64,000 bases of DNA from Okamejei kenojei (lineage: Eukaryota): contig CM069149.1 of assembly GCA_035221665.1 (NCBI GenBank), positions 21,204,001 through 21,268,000 of the forward strand, given 5' to 3'. Below the pieces are notes generated by a model, which had not been told where the DNA came from, ran no database searches, and worked only from the letters and a program-made list of their open reading frames with translations. Made by a program: the position numbers and the translations under genes. Positions 37,773 to 50,097 of the stretch are shown in pieces (the stretch's first letter is position 1; each line of letters starts with the position of its first letter).

Positions 37773-38069
37773 TGAGAGCTGGAGGCGAGAATAAACTACA
37801 AATAATCAGGGCCAGCCACTAATGAGCTCTGGCAGGGCGATGCCTGGTAGGCCCACTGTTGGCTGGGGAAGTTGTGATCTCAAAAACGACCAGTATAGCT
37901 GGGACATGTTGGCCGGTGTGGGCTAGTTGGGCCGAAGGGACTGTTTCCACACTGTATCAATAGATGACTCTATGACCAACTTTTGTATAAACCAGCATCT
38001 GAAGTTCCTTGTTTCTGCACTCTTTTGTGACTCTTGTTGTAAAATTCTCCTGGACTTTTGCCGTTATTA

Positions 38070-38640
38070 GAGACAGGGGCCACTTACACCACAGTTATCT
38101 CCTCGTCGCCCCTCCACCGTTGGGTTGAAGAGACAGGAGCTTAAAAACGTGTACCACCAGATTCAAGAACAGCTTATTTCCCTCTGTTATCAGGCTCTTC
38201 AATTCACCTCCCATGTGCTGCAGATTAATGCCTGATCTCCCAATCTACCTTGCTGTGGCCCTTGCACTTGTCAAAGTGTATAAAATCATGAGGGGTAGAG
38301 ATAAGGTAGTGTATTTTTTCCCCCAGGGAAGGGGAATTGAATACTTGAGCGCATAGGTTTAAGGTGAGAGGGGAAAGATTTCAAAGGGACCTGAGGGGCA
38401 ACTTGTTCACACAGAGGGTGGTGGATAGAGAGATGAGCATTCAGAAGAAGCAGTTGAGGCAGTTGAAGCAATTGCAATGTTTAAAAGACATTTGGACAGG
38501 TATATGATAGAAAGGTTAGAGGTATGTGGGGCAAATGCTGACAAATAGGACCTGTTCAAATGAGCATGTTGGTTGGCATGAACGAGATGGGCGGAAGGAC
38601 CTGCTTCTGTGCTGTATGGCTCGATGAATCTATGATTCTC
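38070..38640 (+). mobile_element. Rex 3' remnant (~38070-38270) followed by CR1 3' fragment (~38270-38640)
   Basis: ACCACCAGATTCAAGAACAGC; then CATAGGTTTAAGGTGAGAGGGGAAAGATTT. Confidence 0.75.
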
Positions 38641-38707
38641 TGATTGTTGGAGCTGTCTTATTGAGTCAATGGCCTATTGTTCCATTATTCCCATATTGCG
38701 GAACTCC

Positions 38708-39110
38708 TTTAGACTTTGGAGATACAGCGCGGAAATATGCCCTTCGGCCCACCAAGTCAGCGCCGACCGGCATTCACACCATAAATTAGCACTATCCGAC
38801 ACACTAGGGACAATTTACAATTGTACCAAAGGCAATTAACCTACAAACCTGTACGTCAAAAAGGGTCTCAACACGAAACGGCACCTATTCCTCTTCTCCG
38901 GAGATTATGCCTGAACCGTTGAGCTACTCCAGCATTTTGGATCTATCATCATCATTGGAGCGTGGTAGGAAACCTGGCGCATCCGGAGAACACCTACATG
39001 GTCACAGGGAGAACATACAAACTGCGTACAGACAGCACCCGCAGTGAGGATCGAACCTGGGCCTCTGGCATTGTAAGGTGGTAACTCTACCGCTGCGCCA
39101 CCGAGCCACC
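38708..39110 (-). mobile_element. SINE interrupted by a Penelope-type tail (~38857-38950)
   Basis: CAAACCTGTACGTC [AAGGGTCTCAACACGAAACGGCACC...CTCCAGCATTTTG] TTGGAGCGTGG. Confidence 0.8.
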
Positions 39111-39630
39111 CCGAACTCCTGATAAAATGGAGATGTCTCAGTTACTTCTTATTACAAACCTAATTCCTAAGTTAGTTAAAGCTCAAGGAAAAATAATTGA
39201 ACAGTACCTTGCAGCCACAAGGAGCACTTGTACTGATATTTAACCTTCATTAATTATATGTGCTCATCTTTAGAATAAGATTCTGCTCATTTTCAGCCAC
39301 CTTTCATGAGCATAAAAGACTGGCGGGTTAGGTTTTGCAAAACAAGATAATCCATCTCTTAATTATGCCACTGTCTCAGCATTAGACAGTCTTCAATTTG
39401 ATATGTTGCCTCTATTTCTCATAGATTGTCAATGACTGAATAAGTGAATGAGATTGTCAATTATTATCAACTTCAGATTATTCATTCTCATGAACAAAAT
39501 AACTCGAGAAAACAGTTTTATTGCAGCAAAGCATCTACAATTGTGTGACAAGAAGATTCGACATCAAGCCATGTTAAGAGGTGAGCAGGAAGGTCAATGA
39601 TATAGATTTCAAAGAGTGCATCGTGTAAAT

Positions 39631-39988
39631 TGTTCATTTCTAAGCTTCCCCCCAGTCTAGTTTCAGTAAAAACACTGAATCAACTAAATTTTATTTTAAC
39701 AATAGCGCGTTACAGTTCAACTACTATACCTATCCCACCACGGGTTCGATCCTCATATCTGCCTGTTCAAGCCCTCTAGGCCTCGCTCAGACAGAGACAC
39801 TCCAGAAATTCACGCACTCCCATGCGATCTCCCAGAAGATTGACATTGGACCTCGTGGTAGCGGACTTTTATATGTCCAAGGACCTCGAGCGGCCGAACC
39901 ACATGGAGGTGGTCTCTTAATAATCCAATTACAGATATAGAGTAACCCCATACATAACAGACATTCCCCTAACCCAATAATACAACAG
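39631..39988 (-). mobile_element. Possible solo LTR
   Basis: TGTT...AACA ends; minus-strand TATAAAAG and AATAAA in the expected order; CpG-rich; no TSD found. Confidence 0.4.
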
Positions 39989-40414
39989 CTCAATATATTG
40001 TATTCAAAATGGACTTCGTAAGGAAGCCAACTTAGAAAAATTGACCCTGCTACAGGAAACACAGACAAGCCTTAATGCCTCATCCAATCAACACTTGGCA
40101 AAGCAGAACTCTGCAACATTATTTACAACTATTTACAAGGTGTATGTCTGGTTTGCAGCCATCCAATCCATTCTATGCATTTTGCACCTAATTGACAGGG
40201 TTTGCAGATGTTATCATTCTTTGCTTGCAAATTGTATCTAAGCTCCAGACACACTGGCACCTCTTCGCAGCTTGTCGCAGATCTGCTGAGAGTAACTCCA
40301 AATTGACCAAATCTCCCAGCATCCCTGAAGTTTCACCCCATTTTGAAGTCATAGGCTCTCCAAATTAGCCAGGATTAACAATCAGACCTAAGGAAGATAG
40401 CACAGGAAATGTAT

Positions 40415-40722
40415 GGGGAATGGTGGTGCCGCGGTAGAGTCATTGACTTACAGCGTCAGAGACCTGGGTTCAATCCTGACTATGGGTGCTGTTTGTACGG
40501 AGTTTGTACGTTTTCCCCGTGACTGCGTGGATTTTCTCCGGGTGCTTCGGTTTCCTCCCACACTCCTAAGACCTGCAGGTTTGTTGGATAATTGGCTTTG
40601 GTATGTTGTAACATTAACCCTTGTGCGTGACTTAGTGTTAATGTACAGGGTCATCACTGGTTGGCACAGACTCGGTGGGCCCAAAGGGCCTGTTTCTGCA
40701 CTGTATCTCTAAAGTCTAAACT
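40415..40722 (+). mobile_element. HE1/V-SINE-type SINE
   Basis: A/B boxes, V-domain, tail. Confidence 0.9.
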
Positions 40723-40784
40723 GAGATGGATTCTTGGCTGCTGAATGTACAATTGCAAGTGGTATTCAAACTGAAATCTGGGAT

Positions 40785-41120
40785 GCGCAAGAATAGATAG
40801 GGTAAATGCATAGAGTCTTTTGCCCAGAAGAGGGGAACCAAGAATCAGAGGGCATAGGATAAAGGTGAGAGGGAAAGATTTAATAGGAACTCGAGGGGCA
40901 ACTTTTTTGCACAAGGGGTGGTGGATTATAGAACGTGCTGTAGAGGAGGTAGTCGAGGCAAGTACTATCATAACAGTTGGACAGGTACATGGGTAGAATA
41001 GGTTCAGGGTGCATTGGGTTAAACTCCACCGGATGGGACTAGTGTAGAATGGACATATTGTTTGGCATAGGCAAGTTGGACCAAAGGGCCTGTTTCCACA
41101 GTGTATGACTCTATGACTAT
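40785..41120 (+). mobile_element. CR1 LINE 3' fragment
   Basis: GATAGGGTAAATGCATAGAGTCTTTTGCCCAG...TATGACTCTATGACTAT. Confidence 0.8.
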
Positions 41121-41730
41121 AAATCTGGATAGTTATTTTACATAAAAATAACGTTGTGGCTGAGATCTTCATTTTTATTTGGGTTGGTTTGCATCTGGAA
41201 CTCTACTGTTCATTTTTGTTTTGTACCTCTCCCAAAGTGCCAGTGTCACATCTGGAACACTAAAACCCCTGTCTCACGGTGCGAGTTGACCCATGAGTGA
41301 CCCAGAGTTGTCACTCGCGGTAATCACGTACACTAAACGTAGCGGGAACGTCGGAACTCTTGCGAGCAACTTAGCGACTCGTGGTGCTAACGGCAGGTAC
41401 CCGTGAAACTTGGTAACTCGTGAAAAAAATCAAACATGTTTGATTCTTTCCACGAGTCAAATTTACAGTTCAAGTTAAAAATTGAAACATTTTAAACTTG
41501 TTTATAACGTGGTGGCCCGTGCGTTTACCTTAGTGATTCGTGAGTCTACCGTGGGAACTCTTTTAACTCAGCGGGCAGGCAGCATCTCTGGAGAGAAGGA
41601 ATGGGTGACGGGATAACATTTCCAAATTTCTCCAGCCCCATGTGTTCACTTTTTTCAACTAGCATCTGCCCTTTCTTGTGTATGACATTATTTGTATCTA
41701 CAGTGCCTTGTGTCTTGGCAATTCATGATT

Positions 41731-41758
41731 CACACACACACACAATGCTGGGGTAACT

Positions 41759-41834
<76 letters not shown>

Positions 41835-42170
41835 GCTGGGGTAACTCTCACACACNNNNNNNNNNNNNNNNNNNNNNNNNNNNNNNNNNNNNNNNNNNNN
41901 NNNNNNNNNNNNNNNNNNNNNNNNNNNNNNNNNNNNNNNNNNNNNNNNNNNNNNNNNNNNNNNNNNNNNNNNNNNNNNNNNNNNNNNACACACACACACA
42001 CAATGCTGGAGTAACTCACACACACACACAATGCTGGAGTAACTCACACACACACACAATGCTGGAGTAACTCTCACACACACACACACACACACAGCTG
42101 GAGTAACTCACACACACACACGAACAATGCTGGAGTAACTCTCGCACACACACAATTCTGGAGTAACTCA
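41731..42170. repeat. Compound satellite [(CA)n-ATGCTGGAGTAACT(CT)]n, with N gap 41856-41987
   Basis: Directly visible; the fixed unit equals the Penelope-type terminus ACACAATGCTGGAGTAACTC. Confidence 0.95.
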
Positions 42171-42528
42171 GCGGGACAGGCAGCATCTCCGGAGAGAAGG
42201 AATGATGATGTCTCGGGTCGAGACCCTTCCTTAGACCACTACCCCGAGATGCTGCCTGTCCGGCTGAGTTACTCCAGCATTTCGTCTATCTTTAAACCAG
42301 CATCTGGACTTCCTTCCCACATAATAACCAATGAGATTCCCCACTAAACTTCCGTGTACTCATTGTTCCCCTCTCTGTTTTCCCCAGACCTGTGTATATG
42401 TGTATGTGTATGTGTATATGTATATGTGTATGTGTATATGTATATATACTTTGCGTGGTTCCTGGGTTGCCTACTGCTGGGTAACTCCGCAAAATATCAT
42501 CCCCCTGCATTTCAAATCTAAATATCTC

Positions 42529-42658
42529 NNNNNNNNNNNNNNNNNNNNNNNNNNNNNNNNNNNNNNNNNNNNNNNNNNNNNNNNNNNNNNNNNNNNNNNN
42601 NNNNNNNNNNNNNNNNNNNNNNNNNNNNNNNNNNNNNNNNNNNNNNNNNNNNNNNNNN
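42529..42658. other. Assembly gap (N run)
   Basis: 130 N. Confidence 1.
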
Positions 42659-43620
42659 GTGGCCGCTCAAAGTCAGTCACCCGAGCTGCTTCCTTCCTCG
42701 GAAGTGGCGGCCAGTTCTGCTGTCCGTGCCCGGAGCGCTGCGGCAGCCACCCAATCTAATTCACTCCCCGGCCACAATAAAACCATATAGCAATGACAGC
42801 ACGGAAACAGGCCATCTCTGCCCTTTTACTCCGTGCCGTTTACTGTCACCTAGTTCCATCTATCTGCACTCAGACTGGAGCGTGGCAAGTGGGTTACTGA
42901 CCCCAATCCCCTCCTTCACAACGCCAGACTTCCCAAATACTATGAACTGAGCTCTCCCCCCACCCCGGGAAATACAGTATTTAAAAACATAAAGCACCAA
43001 GAAATGCACTTACCACGTTATTGGTTGTGGAGGGTGCGCATTTTCCCTTTGTAGGTCGTATCAATAGATGCGGCCGCGCTGAAATAACTCAAAGCCACAG
43101 GATGGAGATGTCTTTTAACATTGTTGCTTTATTAAAACATACCTTCATTCACGGTTGGCTCAAGAGTAACGGGAGAGGAACTTGGTAACTCGGAGGAGGA
43201 ACTTGGAACATCGCAGAAATGACATACCTGTGGTAACTCGGTTAAACACTTGAACATAAACTTGAAGTCTCGTACACAACCACGAGTCTTTCACTCGGGG
43301 TACCTCGTGGGTCAACTCGCACCGTGAGACAGGGGCATAATTGTATCACTAAGCTAATCAAAAGACAAGTAAAAACTGCAGATGCTGAAAAACTGAAATA
43401 AAATCAGAAAATGCCACAAAACTCTCAGCCAGTCAAGCAGCATCCATGGAGAAAGAAAGTACCAGCGTTTCAAGGCAAATACCTCCCATCAGAACCTGAA
43501 ACATAACCATTAGTTCTCTCTCCGCAGATACTGCTTGAACAGCTGTGATATTTTCTGGTTTTATCTTTAAATATCGAAGCTAATTTTGAGAGCAGCATTT
43601 TAATCAAAATGAACAGTTAT

Positions 43621-43770
43621 GGTCGTCAGGACCCTTCTTCAGAATTCAGGTGCATCAGTCTGAAGTAGGGTCTCGACCCGAAACGGCACCTATCCATGTT
43701 CTCCAGAGATGCTGCCTGACCCATGTTACCACAGCACTTTGTGTCTTTTTTTTAATAAACCAGCATCTTA
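43621..43770. mobile_element. Inverted Penelope-type repeat pair with degenerate hammerhead core
   Basis: GACCCTTCTTCAG...CTGAAGTAGGGTCTCGACCCGAAACGGC. Confidence 0.6.
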
Positions 43771-44248
43771 CCAGCTCCGTGCCTCTGCGTTGCTTGAAAC
43801 CTCCTTAGCTCCATTTTTTCTTTATATTGGTTTGCAGACAGATCATTAAATGTTTGACAATTAAACTAAATAATGGTTGTACAAATGACAACTCGGATGA
43901 TGTATTTTGCATACACCAGAATATGGTATTGATACTACAGGAGTTGCACATAGACTATATCAACATGAACAAAACTTGCAATTATCATAATTAACCTCCC
44001 ACCAGGATAATTATAAAGCCACGACGATGAAGAATCTTGACAAAGGTTTACAAAAGTTCAACCATCCATGTTTGACTCGTGCTCCAAGTGCCACTGGGAT
44101 AACCTTTCTACTCTCAACAAACCACCACCGCCTATTCTTGTAATATTTAATATTTATTTTTGCTTTCAACACAGCACAGTGTTGAGTTTCTATAAAATGA
44201 ACGTGGGAAAAATCACAATGCTATAAGTAGAGCAAAGGAAATATTGAG

Positions 44249-44690
44249 GCAGAACGGTGGGGGAGCGGTAGAGGTACTGCCTTACAGTGCCGGAGACCCA
44301 GGTTCGATCCTGACTATGGGTGCTGTCTTTATGGAGTTTGTACCTGTGACCTCGTGGGTTTAGTCCAGGTGCTCCAGTATCCTTCCACAGTCCAAAGACG
44401 TACATGTTTGTAAGTTAATTAGCTTCGGTAAACAAAAATGGTAAATTGTCCCTGGTGTGTAGGACAGTGTTAGTGTGCGGGGATCGCTGGTCGGCACGGA
44501 CTCGGTGGGCCGAAGGGCCTGCTTGTGCAATATATCTCTAAACTCTAAACCTGGGTTCAATCCTGACCTCAAGTTCCATCTATATGGCGTTTGCACACTT
44601 TGCCAGTGACTGCATGGGTTTCCTCTGGGTTCTCTGGTTTCTCCCCACATATCCCAAAGACACATGGGTTGGCAGGTTAATTGACTGCTA
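44249..44690 (+). mobile_element. Tandem or nested SINEs
   Basis: Full copy to ~44550, then a second B box and V-domain. Confidence 0.82.
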
Positions 44691-45091
44691 TTTCTGGCCA
44701 CTATTCTGCCGATGAGTGGTAGAAGCTGGGGAGAATTGCTCATAAAATGTAGTGAATTCATGTGTAGAAAGGAACTGCAGATGCTGGTTTACACAGAAGG
44801 TAGACACAAAATGCTGGAGTAGCTCAGCGGGCCAGGCAGCATCTCTGAATAAAAATAATATGTGGCGTTTCAGGTTGAGACACTTTTGCAGTGAATGAAG
44901 TTGGATTGGATTAGTGCAGAATTAATGTCAATGAGTGGTTAATGATCAGCATGAACTCAGTGGGGCAAAGGGCTTGTTTCCATGTTGTGTCTCTCTGTCT
45001 ATCGATAGGTTATACAGTCCCACAGCATAGAAACAGGCTATTAAGACCACAGCCTCCTCCTGATTCGTGAGTCTACCGTGGGAACTCTTTT

Positions 45092-45262
45092 AACACAGCG
45101 GGCAGGCAGCATCTCTGGAGAGAAGGAATGGATGATGATTCGGGTTGAGATCCTTCTTCAGACTTCAGAAGAAGGGTTTCGAGCCGAAACATCACCCATT
45201 CGTTCTCTCCAGAGATGCTGCCTGTCCTCCTGAGTTACTACAGCTTTTTGTGTCTATCTTCT
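45092..45262. mobile_element. Palindromic Penelope-type element
   Basis: CAGGCAGCATCTCTGGAGAGAA...TTCTCTCCAGAGATGCTGCCTG, with opposed degenerate hammerhead cores at the centre. Confidence 0.7.
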
Positions 45263-46592
45263 TGATGGTTATCCTGCTGTTTGTAGTGTCAATGATGCAG
45301 TCACGGCTCAGTAACTTGAGGGTGGGAGCCCTTTCATGTTTCATTCTGGGACCAGCATTACGCCTGACTACCGGCTCCTTTACAACAACAGCTCAGACCA
45401 AATTTAATACATTTGTCTTGCGGCAAAATGGCTTTGGCACTGATGCATACTAACCAGAGACGAGTGCATTTAAATCTTCTTTGTCCTGTTTATTCCATAT
45501 TAGAAAGCTAAGCAACACAGGAGCCAGGCAAAATAATTTCTAATTGCAATTAGCGGTGCCACTAATGCAATGCATACAACACCTGAGCTCAAAGGTCTGA
45601 ATATGTAAATTGCTTATCATATTAATTCTCAGCACGTTTATTTTGTAGCAACCATCCATTTAGGAACCTAATGCTGGAATAAAATGACAGCTCAAAAGAA
45701 AGGGAATTTGGAGATCAGTATTTTTACCGGTGGGAAGTGAATACATCTAATGCATTTATTCCTGGGATCAGCATAAAAAAATTAATGCAACATCCATGAT
45801 TACCATAGAATATTGAGCATAGAACAGCACGGCCCACAATGTCTGTGCCAAATATGATGCTAAGACCGACACATCTATCTTTTTCACATATAGAGTGGTG
45901 GGCGTATGGAACAAGCTGCCGGAGGAGGTAGTTGGGACAGGTACTGTAGAAATGTTTAAGAAACATTTAGACAGGTACATGGAGAGGACAGGTTTAGAGG
46001 GATATGGGCCGAACTCAGGCAGGTGGGATTAGTGTAGATGGGGCATGTTGGCTGGTGTGTCAAAGAGCCCGTTTCCATCCTGTAAGACTCTATGACAATG
46101 ACGCTACCTGCATGTAATGCATATCCCTCTATTCCTTGCTTCTCCATGTCTTTCCAAAAGTATTTTCAATGCCACTAAAGTCTCTTCTTGAGCCACCAGC
46201 AGCACGTTCGAGACAGTCATAATCTTCGGCATAAAAGATTTGCCACGTACATCTCCTTTAAACGTTGCCTCTCTCACCTGACAGCTGTGATGCCCTCTAG
46301 TACCTGTTGTTTTCCATTTTGAAGATACCTTTCGGGGATTAGCAGTCGGTCACCTTTATGGGGGCCAAGAGTAATATATATGTTAGGCTAGGCAGTTAAA
46401 AGTTCGCCAATAGTAAAATGCATTTGATTCAGGAAATCTGAAATATAATTAGAAAATGCTGAACATATTCTGCAGGTCAAATATCTGTGGAGGATATTAC
46501 AGAGTTAGCAAACTGAGTTAATCACTATTCAGATAAAGACTATTAACCTGAAACATTAACTCTCTCTCCAGAGATGCTACCTGACCCATTAT

Positions 46593-46858
46593 GATACAGC
46601 AAGGAAACAGGCCCTTCGGCCCACCGAACCCGCGCCGACCAGCGAACATCTCGTGCACTAACACTATCCTACATCTCGTACCCTAACACTATCCTACACA
46701 AGCCTGTACGTTTTGGGATTGTGGAAGGAAACTGGAGCAAAACCTACGGGGTCACAGGAAGAATGTGCAACCTCTGTACAAGCAGCACCCATAGTCGGGA
46801 TGGAACACGGGTCTCTGGCCCTGTGAGGCAGCAACTCTTCTGCGCCACTGTGCCACCC
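46593..46858 (-). mobile_element. HE1/V-SINE-type SINE
   Basis: Same motifs; internal duplication of CTAACACTATCCTACA. Confidence 0.82.
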
Positions 46859-47134
46859 TGTCATTATTGGTGCATGTCCCAAAATGATGGTCAGTTAAAA
46901 CAAAATTCATAATCTGGTTGTCGATCTCAGAACTTCCCAGATACTCAGCACAAGGCTATGAGAATAACAACTTGCATTTGTATAGCACCTTTGGACAAAT
47001 AGGTTCATAGAACAATAGTGATTGGCAAAAGAACCAGAAGTAACTTGAAGACAACATATTTTGCACAGTAAGAATAGGGTCTGGAGTTCACTTCTAGAGT
47101 AGTAGTTTAGGCAGATGCAGTTGCAACCTTCAAT

Positions 47135-47340
47135 GGGCAGTTTAGTGGTGCAATTGGTAGACCACTGCCTCACAGTGCCAGAGACCTGGGTTCGATCCTG
47201 ATCTCGGCTGCTGTCAGTGTGGAGTTTATACGTTCTTCCTCTGAACACCTGGTTTTCCTCTGGGTGCTCCAGCTTTCCTCCCACATCCAAAGATGTGAGT
47301 GTTTGTAGGTTAATTGGCCTCTGTAAATTACCCCCAGTGA
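47135..47340 (+). mobile_element. HE1/V-SINE-type SINE, 3'-truncated
   Basis: GGTTCGATCC B box and V-domain. Confidence 0.82.
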
Positions 47341-48524
47341 GTTGGTGGACTTTAGCTGATCGTGGACTTTAGGAAGGCACAACATCCGAGGATGTACACG
47401 CCACTGAAGATAAATGGGAATACCGTGGATACCTAACCATTTTCCCCAAAGATGCTGTCTGACCTGCTGCATTACTCCAGCAGCTTGTGTGTATTCCTGA
47501 ATGTTAACTCCGTTTACCTTTCCATGGGTGCGGCCTGACCTGCTGAATGTTTCCCAGCATTATTTGCATTTATTGCAATGCAGGAAAACTGGATAGACAG
47601 TTGAAGTGTTACAAGATCAGTAGTGGGTGGGGATGCAATTCATTATACACCGTTGCAGCAAGGAGCCAGCGCCTGGACAATGGGTCAAACCTCCTCCTCC
47701 ACTTGCTGTGAACTTGGCTTGCATCCGTTCTGCTTTCTGTTTAATTTACTCAGTTCAGCTTCTCATTTCAGCGTTCTCCACCCACCCTGCCCTACCTCTG
47801 CTTTCCTTAACAGTCCGCTCGCCTTCTCGTTTTAATGAACTGTCTTTCTTTTTTGCTCAGTTTCTGTAACATCTCTTCAAGCTCTGATCTCTTTGTACCA
47901 TTGCCCCAGGCATCTTCTCCTCAGCCTGATAGTCAGTGTCCTGACTCCTGTGTTCCGCTCACTGCTGTCCTTGCATATTTTCTCTCATCTATATTCCCAC
48001 TCTAGCTGCTGCCTGTCTGATTTCTTGATGAACGATGACACACATGCAATCAGCACTCTCTCAATCACCTTTTTTTTCTCTGTGGCTCCGCTGCTGAATA
48101 CCAGTGATAAATTAACTAGATCCTTGGAGCAAACCTTTCTCATGCTAGTAACACTGAAACCTCAGTCTCACACACGCTACTGTAAAGAAAACAAATCCCA
48201 AATATCGAACCAGCTGGAAGTCAGGTTGAAACGATAGGGATTTAATTGACTAGGAGTCACCAATTTAGTGAGGGTGGAGTCACTAATTTAGTTTATGTGG
48301 ACCAACAAAATTATGTTACAATGCAGGGTTAAGCACTCACTCAGTTATAATGAAGATGATTATGGTTCCCATCTGTCAGCTTGTTAATTAGCATGTCAAT
48401 ACTTCAGAGTATTTTCAATGCGTATGACGGTTTAATAATAATTGAATATTACGAAGAAATAAGCCAAGGAATTGCTGCGGACGTGCATTAACATTACACT
48501 TTTCACATGGTGTTGACACACGAT

Positions 48525-48960
48525 TTGTGGTGTTGCCAGTACTTGAGGGGCTGAGCTCCAGGGAGAGGATGGGCAGGCGAGGACTTTATTCCTTGGAGTG
48601 CAGGATGATGAGGAGTGAGCTTATAGAGGTGTATAAAATCATGAGGAGAATAGAAACAGTAGATGCACAGAGTCTTTTACCCACAGTAGGGGAATCAAGG
48701 ACCAGAGGACATAGGTTTAAGGTGAGAGGGGGAAAATGTGATAGGAACCTGAAGGGCAACCTTTTCACACCAAGGGTGGTGGGTATATGGAAGGAGCTGC
48801 CAGAAGAGGCAGTTGATCAAAATATTAAAGAGACATTTGGACAGGTACATGGATAGGACAGGTACACAGGCAGGTGGAACTAGTGTAGATGGAGCATCTT
48901 GGTCAGCATAGGCAAGTTGGGCTGATGGGCCTGTTTCCGGGCTGTATCACTTTATGACTC
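48525..48960 (+). mobile_element. CR1 LINE 3' fragment
   Basis: LEGLSSRERMGRRGLYSLECRMMRSELIEVYKIM...RTRGHRFKVRG. Confidence 0.88.
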
Positions 48961-49404
48961 TGTGTAACCAATGAATTTCATGGATGTAAAAAAAAAGGAG
49001 TAGGCCATTCAGACCCTTACAATTGTGCTAGCATTCAGTAAGTTCATGGGAATCCAGCACTCGATCCATTCTCCTGCCTGATCTTGCTAGCGGACAGAAC
49101 TACATCACTCAAAATGCTTTTGCAGGGTAGCAACTTTTGTGATGTGGAAAATGCACACCATGCAAGCACCCACAAGCATTTGGATTGATATTTGGAAGGT
49201 TTTAGAGGGATATGAGCCAAATGCTGGCAAACGGGACCAGCTGAGAATTACAACTTGGTTGGCATGGCCAAGTTGGGCCAAAGGGCCTGTTTCCATGGCA
49301 TGTACCTTTATGACTCCATGACACTAAGTAACAAATGAATGTGACAAATTTGGAAATGTGGAGCAAGGGCTATGTATCAACCAGTGCAGCAGAGATAACA
49401 ACAG

Positions 49405-49705
49405 CTGGGAACAGAAGGCATAGCCTCAGCATAAAAGGATGCACTTTTAGAAACGGGATGAGGAGGAATTTCTTTGGTCAGAAGGTGGTGAATCTGTGGA
49501 ATTCATTGTCACAGGTGACTGCGGAGGCTGAGTCATTGGGTATTTTTAAGGCAGTGATAGATAGATTCTTGATTAGTACGAGTGTCAGGAGTTACGGGGA
49601 GAAGGCAGGAGAATGGGATTGAGAGGGAAAGATAGATCAGCCATGATTGAATGGCAGATTAGACGTGATGGGTTAAATGGCCTACTTCTGCTCCTATAAC
49701 TAATG
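49405..49705 (+). mobile_element. CR1 LINE 3' fragment
   Basis: MRRNFFGQKVVNLWNSL...IFKAVIDRFL. Confidence 0.85.
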
Positions 49706-49738
49706 AACTTGTCAACTACTGTTGATTCCGACTATAGT

Positions 49739-50097
49739 CTGAAGAAGAGCCTCGACCCGAAACTTCACCCATTCCTTTTCTCCAGAGATGCTGCCTGTCC
49801 CGCTGAGTTACTCCAGCATTTTTTGCCTATCTCCGATATAGATCGCCTATTCACACCAGTTCCATGTTTTTCCACTTTCCTATCCGACCAGTAATCACCC
49901 ATGCACTAGTTGTATCCTACACACAGGGAGCAATTTACAGAATCCAATTAACCTACAAACCCGCAACTCTTTGGGATGAGGGAGGAAACCCATGCAGTCA
50001 CTGGGAAAATGTACTAACTCCGCACAGACAGCAGCTCTGGATCGAACCCGGGTCTCCGGTGCTGTGAGGCAGTAGCTCTACCCGCTGCGCAACTGTG
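49739..50097. mobile_element. Penelope-type tail with hammerhead core (plus, 49739-49830) followed by a minus-strand SINE
   Basis: CTGAAGAAGAGCCTCGACCCGAAACTTC; GGATCGAACCCGGGTCTC. Confidence 0.75.

Larger units (their letters stand above)
41264..43337. mobile_element. PIF/Harbinger-type non-autonomous element with inserted cargo; spans two N gaps
   Basis: TIR CCCCTGTCTCACGGTGCGAGTTGACCCA at both ends; TAA TSD (41261-41263 / 43338-43340). Confidence 0.82.

Noticed and set aside
41731-42170. CRISPR-like array
   Set aside because: Spacers are (CA)n, the context is eukaryotic and there are no cas genes
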